Of a stretch of 64,000 bases of DNA, positions 31,753 to 40,840 are shown in pieces. The notes below the pieces were generated by a model. That model saw only the letters and a list, made by a program, of their open reading frames with translations. It had not been told where the DNA came from and searched no databases. Origin of the DNA: an uncultured Eisenbergiella sp. (GTDB lineage Bacteria; Bacillota; Clostridia; Lachnospirales; Lachnospiraceae); assembly GCA_947598825.1 (NCBI GenBank), contig CANQFM010000012.1, forward strand, positions 1,041-65,040, given 5' to 3'. Each line of letters starts with the position of its first letter. Position 1 is the first letter of the stretch. The position numbers and the translations under genes were made by a program.

Positions 31753-33222
31753 ATGTATTATATTGGGGTCGACCTTGGGACGTCCGCGGTGAAGCTGCTG
31801 TTAATGGAAGGCAGCGGAAAGATCGCCAACGTGGTTTCCAGGGAATATCCGCTGTATTTCCCGCATCCGGGCTGGTCCGAGCAGAAGCCGGAGGACTGGT
31901 ACGAGCAGACGATGGCGGGCATGGAGGAACTGCTGCAGGGGTTTGACAGGTCGCAGGTGGCGGGGATCAGCTTTGGCGGTCAGATGCACGGGCTGGTGAT
32001 CCTGGACAGCCAGGACAATGTGATCCGTCCGGCGATTTTGTGGAATGACGGCAGGACCTCGGTGGAGAATGATTATCTGAACAATGTGATCGGCAGGGAA
32101 ACGCTGTCCGCTTACACGGCGAACATTTCCTTTACCGGTTTCACCGCGTCCAAGCTGCTCTGGGTGAAGAAAAACGAGCCGGAAAATTTTGCGCGGATCG
32201 AGAAGATCATGCTGCCCAAGGACTATCTGGCCTATAAGCTGACGGGCGTGCATTGCACCGACGTTTCCGACGCTTCCGGGATGCTTCTGTTCGATGTGAA
32301 GAACCGCTGCTGGTCGAAGCAGATGTGCGAGATCTGCAGCGTGAAAGAAAGCCAGTTGGCCAGGATCTATGAAAGCTACGAGGCGGTGGGCTGCGTCCTG
32401 CCCGCCATTGCCGGGAAGCTGGGGATCCCGCAGACTGTGAAGGTGGCGGCGGGGGCCGGGGACAACGCGGCCGCAGCCGTGGGCACAGGCACGGTGGGCG
32501 AAGGGATGTGCAATATCTCCCTGGGGACCAGCGGCACGATCTTCATTTCCTCGGAGCATTTCAGCGTGGATAAGCACAATGCCCTGCACGCTTTCGCACA
32601 TGCCGACGGGCATTATCATCTGATGGGATGCATGCTTTCCGCGGCCTCCTGCAACAAATGGTGGATGGACGAGATCATCGGCACCAAGGAATACGCCAAG
32701 GAGCAGGCGGCTATCGGGAAACTGGGCGAAAACCATGTGTTTTTCCTGCCCTATCTGATGGGCGAGCGTTCCCCCCACAACGATCCGGATGCCAGGGGCA
32801 CTTTTATCGGGATGACCATGGATACCACCCGGGCCGATATGACCCAGGCGGTGCTGGAGGGCGTGGCCTTTGCCCTGAGGGATTCCTTTGAAGTGGCAAA
32901 ATCCCTGGGGATCAAGATCGAGAGGACCAAGATCTGCGGCGGCGGCGCCAAGAGCCCGCTGTGGAAGAAGATCATCGCCAACGTGATGAACATTAAGGTG
33001 GATGTGATCGAGAGCGAGGAAGGCCCAGGCTATGGCGGCGCGATGCTGGCGGCGGTGGCCTGCGGCGAATACGCTTCCGTGAAAGAAGCGGCGGAGAAGC
33101 TGGTGAAGGTGGTGGATACGGTGGATCCCGATCCGGCGCTGGCGCTCAAGTATGAAACCCGCTACCAGCAGTTTAAGCAGATCTATCCGACGGTTAAGGA
33201 GCTTTTCCCAATATTAAAGTAA
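31753..33222 (+). CDS. xylB: Xylulokinase (FGGY family)
   Basis: IGVDLGTSAVK, PGWSEQ, GGQMHG, ILWNDGR, DVSDASG, GDNAAAA, SLGTSG, PYLMGERSP, GGGAKS. Confidence 0.93.
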   Translation: MYYIGVDLGTSAVKLLLMEGSGKIANVVSREYPLYFPHPGWSEQKPEDWYEQTMAGMEELLQGFDRSQVAGISFGGQMHGLVILDSQDNVIRPAILWNDGRTSVENDYLNNVIGRETLSAYTANISFTGFTASKLLWVKKNEPENFARIEKIMLPKDYLAYKLTGVHCTDVSDASGMLLFDVKNRCWSKQMCEICSVKESQLARIYESYEAVGCVLPAIAGKLGIPQTVKVAAGAGDNAAAAVGTGTVGEGMCNISLGTSGTIFISSEHFSVDKHNALHAFAHADGHYHLMGCMLSAASCNKWWMDEIIGTKEYAKEQAAIGKLGENHVFFLPYLMGERSPHNDPDARGTFIGMTMDTTRADMTQAVLEGVAFALRDSFEVAKSLGIKIERTKICGGGAKSPLWKKIIANVMNIKVDVIESEEGPGYGGAMLAAVACGEYASVKEAAEKLVKVVDTVDPDPALALKYETRYQQFKQIYPTVKELFPILK

Positions 33223-33246
33223 TCATTTAAAGGAGGTCGAACGCTC

Positions 33247-33864
33247 ATGAAAATTTTAAGTGTCACGGACAGCGCCTTCAAAAAGTACGGCAGGGTGATA
33301 TCGGATATCGATTTTTCACAACTGCTTTGCAGGATGGAGGAGATCACGCCGGTGCCGGAGGATGTGGTTTATGTCCCTTCCGTGCCGGAACTGGAAGCTT
33401 TGCCGGTCTTTCGGGAGTTGACGGAAAAGACCTACGGGGAGCTGCCCATTCAGATCGGTTACTGCAACGGGCACAATGTGAAGCTGAACGCCCTGGAGTA
33501 CCACAGAAGCTCCGAGATCGACATTGCGGTGAACGATCTGGTGCTGATGCTGGGCTGGCAGCAGGATATCGAGGACGATTTCACCTATGATACTTCCAAA
33601 GTGGAGCTGTTTTTAGTGCCGGCGGGCACGGCGGTGGAGCTGTATGCGACGACATTGCATTACGCGCCCTGCCATGTGGAAGAGAAAGGATTCCGGTGCG
33701 TGGTGGTGCTTCCGAAGGATACGAACCTGGATCTGGACGCCGCTCATAAGGGCGGCGAGGACGGCCATCTGACGGCGAAGAACAAATGGCTGCTGGGACA
33801 CCCCGAGGGCGGCCTGCCGGAAGGCAGCCCCATGGGACTGGTGGGGGAGAATCTCTCCCTGTGA
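33247..33864 (+). CDS. DUF4867-family protein
   Basis: FKKYGRV, QIGYCNGHN.KLNALEYH.SSE, LYATTLHYAPC, LTAKNKWLLGHPE. Lies between xylB and the isomerase. Confidence 0.75.
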   Translation: MKILSVTDSAFKKYGRVISDIDFSQLLCRMEEITPVPEDVVYVPSVPELEALPVFRELTEKTYGELPIQIGYCNGHNVKLNALEYHRSSEIDIAVNDLVLMLGWQQDIEDDFTYDTSKVELFLVPAGTAVELYATTLHYAPCHVEEKGFRCVVVLPKDTNLDLDAAHKGGEDGHLTAKNKWLLGHPEGGLPEGSPMGLVGENLSL

Positions 33865-33948
33865 TATCGTGAAACGGGCGGAGAGACGCAGTTTCCGCCT
33901 TCAATATGACGGCGAAGCCGTTGCAAAATGTATGTGGAGGAAAATAAG

Positions 33949-35427
33949 ATGAACAACATGCCTGTGGAAAAAATTGGCGTTGTGGCCGTGAGCCGCGACT
34001 GTTTCCCGATGACGCTGTCCGTATCCAGACGGCAGGCCCTGGTAAAAGCTTATCAGGAGAAGTACGGCGATATCTACGAGTGTTCCGTATGTATCGAGAA
34101 CGAAAAGGATATGCGCAGGGCGCTGGCGGAGGTGAAAGAGGCTGGATGCAACGCGCTGGTGGTTTATCTGGGCAACTTCGGGCCGGAGTCCTCGGAGACG
34201 CTGCTGATCAAAGAGTTCGGCGGCCCCTGCATGGTGGTGGCGGCTGCGGAAGAGACCGGCAACAACTTAATCGACGGCAGAGGCGACGCCTACTGCGGCG
34301 TCCTGAACGCCAGCTATAACTTAAAGCTGCGCAACTTAAAAGCGTACATTCCGGAGTATCCGGTGGGCACGGCGGCCCAGTGCGCGGATATGATCGCGGA
34401 ATTTGGGCCTATCGCAAGGGCCGTGATCGCGCTGAACAACTTAAAGATCATTTCTTTCGGCCCTCGTCCGCAGGACTTTTTGGCCTGCAACGCGCCCATC
34501 AAGCAGCTCTACAATCTGGGCGTTGAGATCGAGGAGAACTCTGAGCTGGATCTGTTCGAGGCGTTCCATAAGCACGACGGCGATGCGCGTATCGAGGCGG
34601 TAGCTGCGGATATGGCAGCGGAATTGGGCGCGGGCAATAAGAAGCCCGAGATCTTAAAGAAGCTGGCCCAGTACGAGATCACCCTTCTGGACTGGGTGGA
34701 AGCGCACAAGGGGAGCCGGGATTATGTGGCGATCGCCGGCAAGTGCTGGCCCGCGTTCCAGACGCAGTTCGGCTTCGTCCCCTGCTATGTGAACAGCCGC
34801 CTGACCAAAATGGGGATCCCGGTATCCTGCGAAGTGGATATTTACGGCGCCCTCAGCGAGTACATTGGCACGGTCGTCAGCCAGGATGCGGTGACGCTTC
34901 TGGATATCAACAATTCCGTGCCCGCCGATATGTATGAGGCGGAGATCAAGGGCAAATACGGCCAGTATACCCTGAAAGATACCTTCATGGGCTTCCACTG
35001 CGGCAATACCCCTTCCAGCAAGCTGGCGTTCTGCGAGATGAAGTTCCAGCGCATCATGGCCAGGACCTTGCCGGAAGAAGTGACGCAGGGCACGCTGGAA
35101 GGCGACATCGCGCCCGGCGACATCACCTTCTTCCGTCTGCAGAGTACTTCCGACGCGAAGCTGCGCGCTTATATCGCCCAGGGTGAGGTACTCCCGGTAG
35201 CGACCCGTTCCTTCGGCGGCATCGGCGTGTTCGCCATTCCGGAAATGGGCCGTTTCTACAGGCATGTGCTTATTGAAAAGAATTTCCCTCACCATGGCGC
35301 GGTAGCCTTCGGACATTACGGCAAGACGCTGTTTGAAGTGTTTAAGTATATCGGCGTGCCGCTGGAGGATCTTAATTTCAACCAGCCCAAGGGCATGCTC
35401 TATCCGACCGAGAATCCTTTTGCGTAA
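33949..35427 (+). CDS. L-fucose/L-arabinose isomerase family protein (XylA-II-like pentose isomerase)
   Basis: SRDCFP, LGNFGPE, RGDAYCG, KCWPAFQ, SCEVDIYG (metal E/D), FHCGNT, FPHHGAV (metal H). GGAGG RBS. Confidence 0.85.
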   Translation: MNNMPVEKIGVVAVSRDCFPMTLSVSRRQALVKAYQEKYGDIYECSVCIENEKDMRRALAEVKEAGCNALVVYLGNFGPESSETLLIKEFGGPCMVVAAAEETGNNLIDGRGDAYCGVLNASYNLKLRNLKAYIPEYPVGTAAQCADMIAEFGPIARAVIALNNLKIISFGPRPQDFLACNAPIKQLYNLGVEIEENSELDLFEAFHKHDGDARIEAVAADMAAELGAGNKKPEILKKLAQYEITLLDWVEAHKGSRDYVAIAGKCWPAFQTQFGFVPCYVNSRLTKMGIPVSCEVDIYGALSEYIGTVVSQDAVTLLDINNSVPADMYEAEIKGKYGQYTLKDTFMGFHCGNTPSSKLAFCEMKFQRIMARTLPEEVTQGTLEGDIAPGDITFFRLQSTSDAKLRAYIAQGEVLPVATRSFGGIGVFAIPEMGRFYRHVLIEKNFPHHGAVAFGHYGKTLFEVFKYIGVPLEDLNFNQPKGMLYPTENPFA

Positions 35428-35548
35428 GGGGATGCATTTTTACATGAGGTAAAAGCCGGGGGCTTCTCCTGCCTGCAGGGCAGGCCGAAGCCCCTTTCCC
35501 GCACAGGGAAAACTCATCCGCTCAATATGACAACCGGAGGACAACAAA

Positions 35549-37678
35549 ATGAGCAAATACCGTACCCGGGCCGCAGCGCTCGTGGCACAGATGACTTTGG
35601 AAGAAAAGGTGAGCCAGACCTTGTACAACGCGCCGGCCATCGAAAGGCTGGGGATCCCGGCCTATAACTGGTGGAACGAGGCGCTGCACGGCGTGGCGCG
35701 GGCGGGGACTGCGACGCTCTTTCCCCAGACCATTGGCATCGCCGCTGCCTTTGACGAAGAACTGGTGGGCAGAATGGCGGAGACGATCGCCACGGAGGCG
35801 AGGGCCAAGTACAACGCGCAGAAAAAGGCGGGAGACAGGGATATCTATAAGGGGCTGACTTTCTGGTCCCCCAATGTGAACATTTTCCGGGATCCCCGCT
35901 GGGGCAGAGGGCAGGAAACCTATGGGGAGGACCCCTATCTGACCTCCCGTATGGGCGTGCGCTTCATAGAAGGACTGCAGGGGGACGATCCGGATTATTT
36001 AAAGGCAGCGGCTTGCGCGAAGCATTTCGCCGTACATTCCGGCCCCGAGGGGCTGCGCCATTCCTTTGACGCCGTTGTATCCAGACAGGATCTGTATGAG
36101 ACTTATCTGCCCGCCTTTAAGGCCTGCGTACAGGAGGCGAAGGTGGAGGCGGTGATGGGCGCCTACAACCGTACCAACGGGGAACCCTGCTGCGGGAGCA
36201 AAACCCTGCTGCAGGCTATCCTGCGGAAAGAATGGGGCTTTGAAGGGCATGTGGTCAGCGACTGCTGGGCGATCCTGGATTTCCACGAAAACCATAAGGT
36301 GACGAAGACGCCGCTGGAGTCTGCGGCCATGGCGATGAATAACGGCTGCGATCTAAACTGCGGCTGTATGTTCCCCAATCTGCGGGACGCGGTGCGCGGC
36401 GGTTATGTGGACGAGGCGCGGCTGGACGAAGCGGTGACCAACCTGATGGAATGCCGCATGAAGCTGGGGCTGTTCGAAGAAGAGGGAAAGGTATCCTTTG
36501 ACGCGATCGGCTACGATCAGGTGGATACGAAGGAGAACCGCGCGCTGAACTTGGAGATATCCAGAAAGAGCCTGGTGCTTTTAAAGAATGAGGGCCATCT
36601 CCTGCCGCTGGACAAGACGAAGATCAGATCCATCGGCGTGATCGGGCCCAACGCGGATTCCCGCAAGGCGCTGGTAGGCAATTACGAAGGGACGGCCTCC
36701 CGCTATGTGACGGTGCTGGAAGGCATAGAGGACTATGTGGGAGAGGATGTGCGCGTTTATTACTCCGAGGGCTGCCATCTGTACCGCGACCGGACCAGCA
36801 ATCTGGCCCAGGCGGACGACCGGATGTCCGAAGTCCGGGCGGTCTGCGAGGTCAGCGATGTGGTCGTAGTCGTGCTGGGACTGGACAGCGGCATCGAGGG
36901 CGAACAGGGAGACGCCGGCAATGAATTTGCCAGCGGGGACAAGAAGGACCTGAAATTCCCCGGCCTGCAGCCGGAAGTGCTGCGCGTCGCGTATGAAAGC
37001 GGGAAACCGGTGATCCTGGTCTCCATGACGGGATCCGCCATGGCGCTTTCCTGGGAGGCAGAGCATATCCCGGCCATTATCCAGGCCTGGTATCCGGGTT
37101 CCCAGGGTGGCCGCGCGGTAGCGGAGCTGATCTTCGGCGCCTACAGCCCGGAGGGCAAGCTGCCGGTGACCTTCCCTTATACCACGGAGGAACTGCCGGA
37201 ATTTACGGATTATGCCATGAAGGGCAGGACCTACCGTTATATGGAAAACGACGCCCTGTATCCTTTCGGTTACGGCCTTTCCTATACGTCCTTTGCGCAG
37301 AAGGAAACGGCCCTGGATACCCGGACGATAGAGGAAGGAGGCACGGTTACCGTTACCGCTACCGTGCAGAATGCGGGCGCGATGGCGGGCGGACAAACCC
37401 TGCAGGTCTATGTGAAGGCGCTGCGGGAGAACACGCCCAACGCACAGCTAAAGGGGCTGCAGAAGGTGTATCTGCAGCCGGGCGAGGAAAAAACGGTGCG
37501 GATCGCGCTGCCCGAGACCGCTTTCGGGCTTTACAACGAAGAGGGCGAATGTATGCTGGAAGCCGGCGATTATGCGGTCTATGCAGGGATGCAGCAGCCG
37601 GATGAAAGAAGCGCTGTCCTGACGGGACAGCGGCCGGTATGCCTGACGGTATACTGCAGCCGGACGCGGAAACTGTAA
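35549..37678 (+). CDS. GH3 beta-xylosidase/beta-glucosidase, cytoplasmic
   Basis: WWNEALHG, WSPNVNIFRDPRWGRGQETYGEDP, KHFAVH, VVSDCWAI (nucleophile Asp), EGEQGD, YPFGYGLSYT, FN3-like C-terminus. Confidence 0.93.
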   Translation: MSKYRTRAAALVAQMTLEEKVSQTLYNAPAIERLGIPAYNWWNEALHGVARAGTATLFPQTIGIAAAFDEELVGRMAETIATEARAKYNAQKKAGDRDIYKGLTFWSPNVNIFRDPRWGRGQETYGEDPYLTSRMGVRFIEGLQGDDPDYLKAAACAKHFAVHSGPEGLRHSFDAVVSRQDLYETYLPAFKACVQEAKVEAVMGAYNRTNGEPCCGSKTLLQAILRKEWGFEGHVVSDCWAILDFHENHKVTKTPLESAAMAMNNGCDLNCGCMFPNLRDAVRGGYVDEARLDEAVTNLMECRMKLGLFEEEGKVSFDAIGYDQVDTKENRALNLEISRKSLVLLKNEGHLLPLDKTKIRSIGVIGPNADSRKALVGNYEGTASRYVTVLEGIEDYVGEDVRVYYSEGCHLYRDRTSNLAQADDRMSEVRAVCEVSDVVVVVLGLDSGIEGEQGDAGNEFASGDKKDLKFPGLQPEVLRVAYESGKPVILVSMTGSAMALSWEAEHIPAIIQAWYPGSQGGRAVAELIFGAYSPEGKLPVTFPYTTEELPEFTDYAMKGRTYRYMENDALYPFGYGLSYTSFAQKETALDTRTIEEGGTVTVTATVQNAGAMAGGQTLQVYVKALRENTPNAQLKGLQKVYLQPGEEKTVRIALPETAFGLYNEEGECMLEAGDYAVYAGMQQPDERSAVLTGQRPVCLTVYCSRTRKL

Positions 37679-37709
37679 AAGGTAAGACAATCATCGATAG
37701 AACAAGAGG

Positions 37710-37758
37710 GAGGGACGCGCCGCTTTTTTTGGTCCAAAGAGCGGACGTCCCTCTTTTT
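37710..37758. terminator. Terminator hairpin between convergent GH3 and C26 genes
   Basis: GAGGGACG..CCGCT / AGCGG..CGTCCCTC followed by TTTTT. Confidence 0.65.
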
Positions 37759-37802
37759 GCGCGCCCGCCGTAGGCGGATGGATAGAAACGGCGGGACTGG
37801 GG

Positions 37803-38519
37803 TTAAAACGTTTTCTGCCGCGCCGCGGTAAAAAAGGCCGCGAAAATCTTACCGCCGTCCACAGCCCCCTGGCGTTTGAAACTCCCGCAAAGTCGTTCGG
37901 GATGCCATTGAAATCCCAGTATGGGAAGGGATTCATGCCGGATCCCCTCTGCCACGCCGTCTTCCGCCCATTGGATGACGGCTATTTTTTTGGCCGCGAA
38001 GGCGCCGGGCGAAGAGGTGCGTTTTGACGCCGCCTGGGACTGGGGCAGAAAAAATCCCTGATGGTGCGCGCTGTTGACAAAGAAAGCGCTGCCGTAGAGC
38101 TTTTCCAGAGCGCTGCCTGCGGCGGCATAGGTGAGATGAAGCTGGTCGCCTCCGTCGTAACGGTGTTTTTCTGCGCCGGGAAGATGTTGGCACAGCCCGC
38201 CGCCAAAGTAGAGATTGATGAGCTGCATGCCTTTGCATATCCCAAGTACGGGCCGCCGTCTTTGCACAATAACGGACAGCATTGCCAACTGCTGACGGTC
38301 CAGCAGCGGGTCGATGTCTTTACAGCGGGGATCTGCGGCCGGACGTCCCGGCAGCAGCTCAGGGTCGATGTCGCCGCCGCCGGGTAAAAGCAGGGCGTCC
38401 CAGCATACGGCACGGGAGGGGGACAGGGATATTTCGATGGCGGCGGCAGGGTCTGCCAGGCGCAGGGCCTTTACATAATTGCGGGTGAGGTCAGGGGTAC
38501 CGGCGATTCCGATCTTCAT
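37803..38519 (-). CDS. Peptidase C26 / gamma-glutamyl-gamma-aminobutyrate hydrolase family glutamine amidotransferase
   Basis: LLLPGGGDIDP, LGICKGMQ (Cys), VNSAHHQG, FQWHPE (His-Glu). AGGAG RBS before ATG 38519. Confidence 0.85.
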   Translation of the reverse strand: MKIGIAGTPDLTRNYVKALRLADPAAAIEISLSPSRAVCWDALLLPGGGDIDPELLPGRPAADPRCKDIDPLLDRQQLAMLSVIVQRRRPVLGICKGMQLINLYFGGGLCQHLPGAEKHRYDGGDQLHLTYAAAGSALEKLYGSAFFVNSAHHQGFFLPQSQAASKRTSSPGAFAAKKIAVIQWAEDGVAEGIRHESLPILGFQWHPERLCGSFKRQGAVDGGKIFAAFFTAARQKTF

Positions 38520-38792
38520 GGATACGACTCCTTTTGCAGAAAATTCCTTTTTCGGTAAGAAGGAAACCGATAAACCATATGCCGGATCCCAGCCGTCCAT
38601 TCCAATATAAGAACAGCGCGGATCCGACCCTGCCGTGATGCAAAAAAACGCCGAAAGGACGGACAAACTGGCGGATCTGGAAGCGTTTTTGGCCAGTATG
38701 GCGGAAAAAAAGCCATTTTTAAGCGTATTTGGCAAAATACAATAGCAGAATGCTTAAAATAAATGGTCGATATGGCACAGTTTATGAGCAAA

Positions 38793-38837
38793 ATTCATCG
38801 GATGAATATTGACAGAGTTCACCATCTGCATTAAAAT
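38793..38837 (+). promoter_or_regulatory. Promoter of the sugar ABC importer operon with an adjacent palindrome
   Basis: TTGACA(38809)-N17-TAAAAT(38832). ATTCATC-G-GATGAAT palindrome at 38793-38807 abuts the -35. Confidence 0.7.
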
Positions 38838-38878
38838 TATATAAATTAAATCTTTTCGGAAAGGTGGTTTCTCGTGGT

Positions 38879-39853
38879 ATGGCGACAAAAGTCAACAAAA
38901 AAGGCGTAGTCACGCTCTCCAACGGACAGACGATTGTGCTGAAGCGCATGAGTACCAAGCAGTATGTCATACAGCATAAATGGCTGTATCTGCTGTTTTT
39001 GCCCGGTTTTCTCTACTTCATCCTGTTCCGCTATGTCCCTATGGGCGGGCTGATCATCGCCTTTAAGGAGTACTCTCCCTTCATCGGGATCTGGGACAGC
39101 CCGTGGGTGGGGTTCGGGCAGTTCCAGAAGTTCTTCAGCAATCATGACTTTATGAATCTGCTGGTGAACACGCTGGGGATCAGCCTGCTTCAGCTTTTGC
39201 TGTATTTCCCGGCGCCGATCATCCTCTCCCTGTTTTTGAACGAAGTCAGGCACAACGGGTATAAGAGAGTGGTGCAGACGCTGGTGTACATCCCCCACTT
39301 CGTATCCTGGGTTATCGTGACCAGCTTGACCTACCAGTTGTTCAACGTATCGGACGGTATTTTCAATATCATTTACCAGTCCCTGTCAGGAGGCAAGAGC
39401 TTTGATATCCTGCAGAACGCTTCCACATTCTGGGGCCTGATCGTCGGGCAGGATATCTGGCGTGAGACAGGTTACGGCACTATCGTTTTCCTGGCGGCGC
39501 TGTCCGGCGTGGACCAGGAGCTGTATGAAGCCGCAAGGGTAGACGGCGCGGGCCGCTGGAGACTGATGTGGCACATCACCCTTCCCGCCATCAGAAGCAC
39601 GATCGTTATGATGCTGATCATGCGTGTCGGCAGCATCCTGAACACAGGCTATGAGCAGATCTTCATGATGAGAAACGACCTGAATATCGCCAGAGCGGAA
39701 GTTTTTGATACCTACATTTATACGAAAGGTATCCGGAGCGGCCAGTATTCCTTCTCCTCCGCCGCCGGTATGTTTAAGTCCGTGGTCGGCATGATCATGG
39801 TGCTGCTTGCCGACAGGGTTGCCAAGATGTTCGGCGAGAGCGGATTGTATTAA
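38879..39853 (+). CDS. Oligosaccharide ABC importer permease 1 (LplB/YteP-like)
   Basis: YLLFLPG..FRYVPMGG..AFK, SPWVG, QTLVYIPHFVSWV, EAA motif ELYEAARVDGAGRWR. Confidence 0.92.
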   Translation: MATKVNKKGVVTLSNGQTIVLKRMSTKQYVIQHKWLYLLFLPGFLYFILFRYVPMGGLIIAFKEYSPFIGIWDSPWVGFGQFQKFFSNHDFMNLLVNTLGISLLQLLLYFPAPIILSLFLNEVRHNGYKRVVQTLVYIPHFVSWVIVTSLTYQLFNVSDGIFNIIYQSLSGGKSFDILQNASTFWGLIVGQDIWRETGYGTIVFLAALSGVDQELYEAARVDGAGRWRLMWHITLPAIRSTIVMMLIMRVGSILNTGYEQIFMMRNDLNIARAEVFDTYIYTKGIRSGQYSFSSAAGMFKSVVGMIMVLLADRVAKMFGESGLY

Positions 39854-39869
39854 GAAGGGGGTGTGGATT

Positions 39870-40781
39870 ATGGCGAAAGAACATAAAGTGAAAGAGGGCG
39901 CCAAGGTTCGCAAAAGCACCGGCGACCGGATCGTAGACGTGATCATTTATGTTGTGCTGGGCCTGATCGCCCTGAGTACGGTACTGCCTTTCCTGTATGT
40001 ATTTGCAGGTTCCTTCGCAACGGAGAAGGAACTGACGGAGAGGGCGTTTTTCATCATTCCCAGCGAATGGTCCTTGAACGCTTACCAGTATGCTATCAGG
40101 ACCGCCAATATCCTGAGGGGCCTGCGCAATTCCATTCTGCTGACGATCCTCGGGACGGTCAGTTGTATGGTATTCTCCCTGACCTTTGCCTATCCCCTGT
40201 CCAAGACTCATTTCAGGGGCCGCAACTGGATGATGAATATGGTTATCTTTACGATGCTGTTCGGCGGCGGCATGATCCCTTCCTACCTGGTCTATCAGGC
40301 CTATGGCCTGCTGGATAGCTGGTGGGCGCTGATCCTGCCCGGCCTGATCAGCCCGTTCAACATGATCATCATCAAGAAGTTTTTCCAGGGGCTTCCGGTG
40401 GAGCTGGACGAAGCCTCTTATATGGATGGCGCCAACGATCTTCAGATCTTTACCAAGGTGGCGCTGCCGCTGTCCAAACCGGTTATTGCTTCCATTTCGC
40501 TGTTTTACGGCGTGGGATTCTGGAACGATTACTTCAACGCCATGATTTATCTGTCCACCGCGGAGAAATATCCGATCCAGATCCAGCTTCGGTCCATCAT
40601 CCTGCAGACGTCCAAGATCGCCGATAACCAGGTGCTGGACTACGATATGTTCGGCGCGCCGCCCGATAAGGCCGTGAAGATGGCCTGTACGGTGATCGCG
40701 ACGGTGCCGATCCTGATCGTGTATCCTTTCGTACAGAAATATTTCACCAAGGGCGTCATGGTAGGCGCGGTGAAAGGCTGA
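39870..40781 (+). CDS. Oligosaccharide ABC importer permease 2 (LplC/YtcP-like)
   Basis: AYPLSK, TMLFGGGMIPSY, ELDEASYMDGA, WNDYF, YPFVQKYFTKGVMVGAVKG. Confidence 0.92.
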   Translation: MAKEHKVKEGAKVRKSTGDRIVDVIIYVVLGLIALSTVLPFLYVFAGSFATEKELTERAFFIIPSEWSLNAYQYAIRTANILRGLRNSILLTILGTVSCMVFSLTFAYPLSKTHFRGRNWMMNMVIFTMLFGGGMIPSYLVYQAYGLLDSWWALILPGLISPFNMIIIKKFFQGLPVELDEASYMDGANDLQIFTKVALPLSKPVIASISLFYGVGFWNDYFNAMIYLSTAEKYPIQIQLRSIILQTSKIADNQVLDYDMFGAPPDKAVKMACTVIATVPILIVYPFVQKYFTKGVMVGAVKG

Positions 40782-40840
40782 TTTCAGTGATTGCGGGAGA
40801 GTCCCGTTTTCATAAAAAATATTCCATCAAGGAGGACGAT

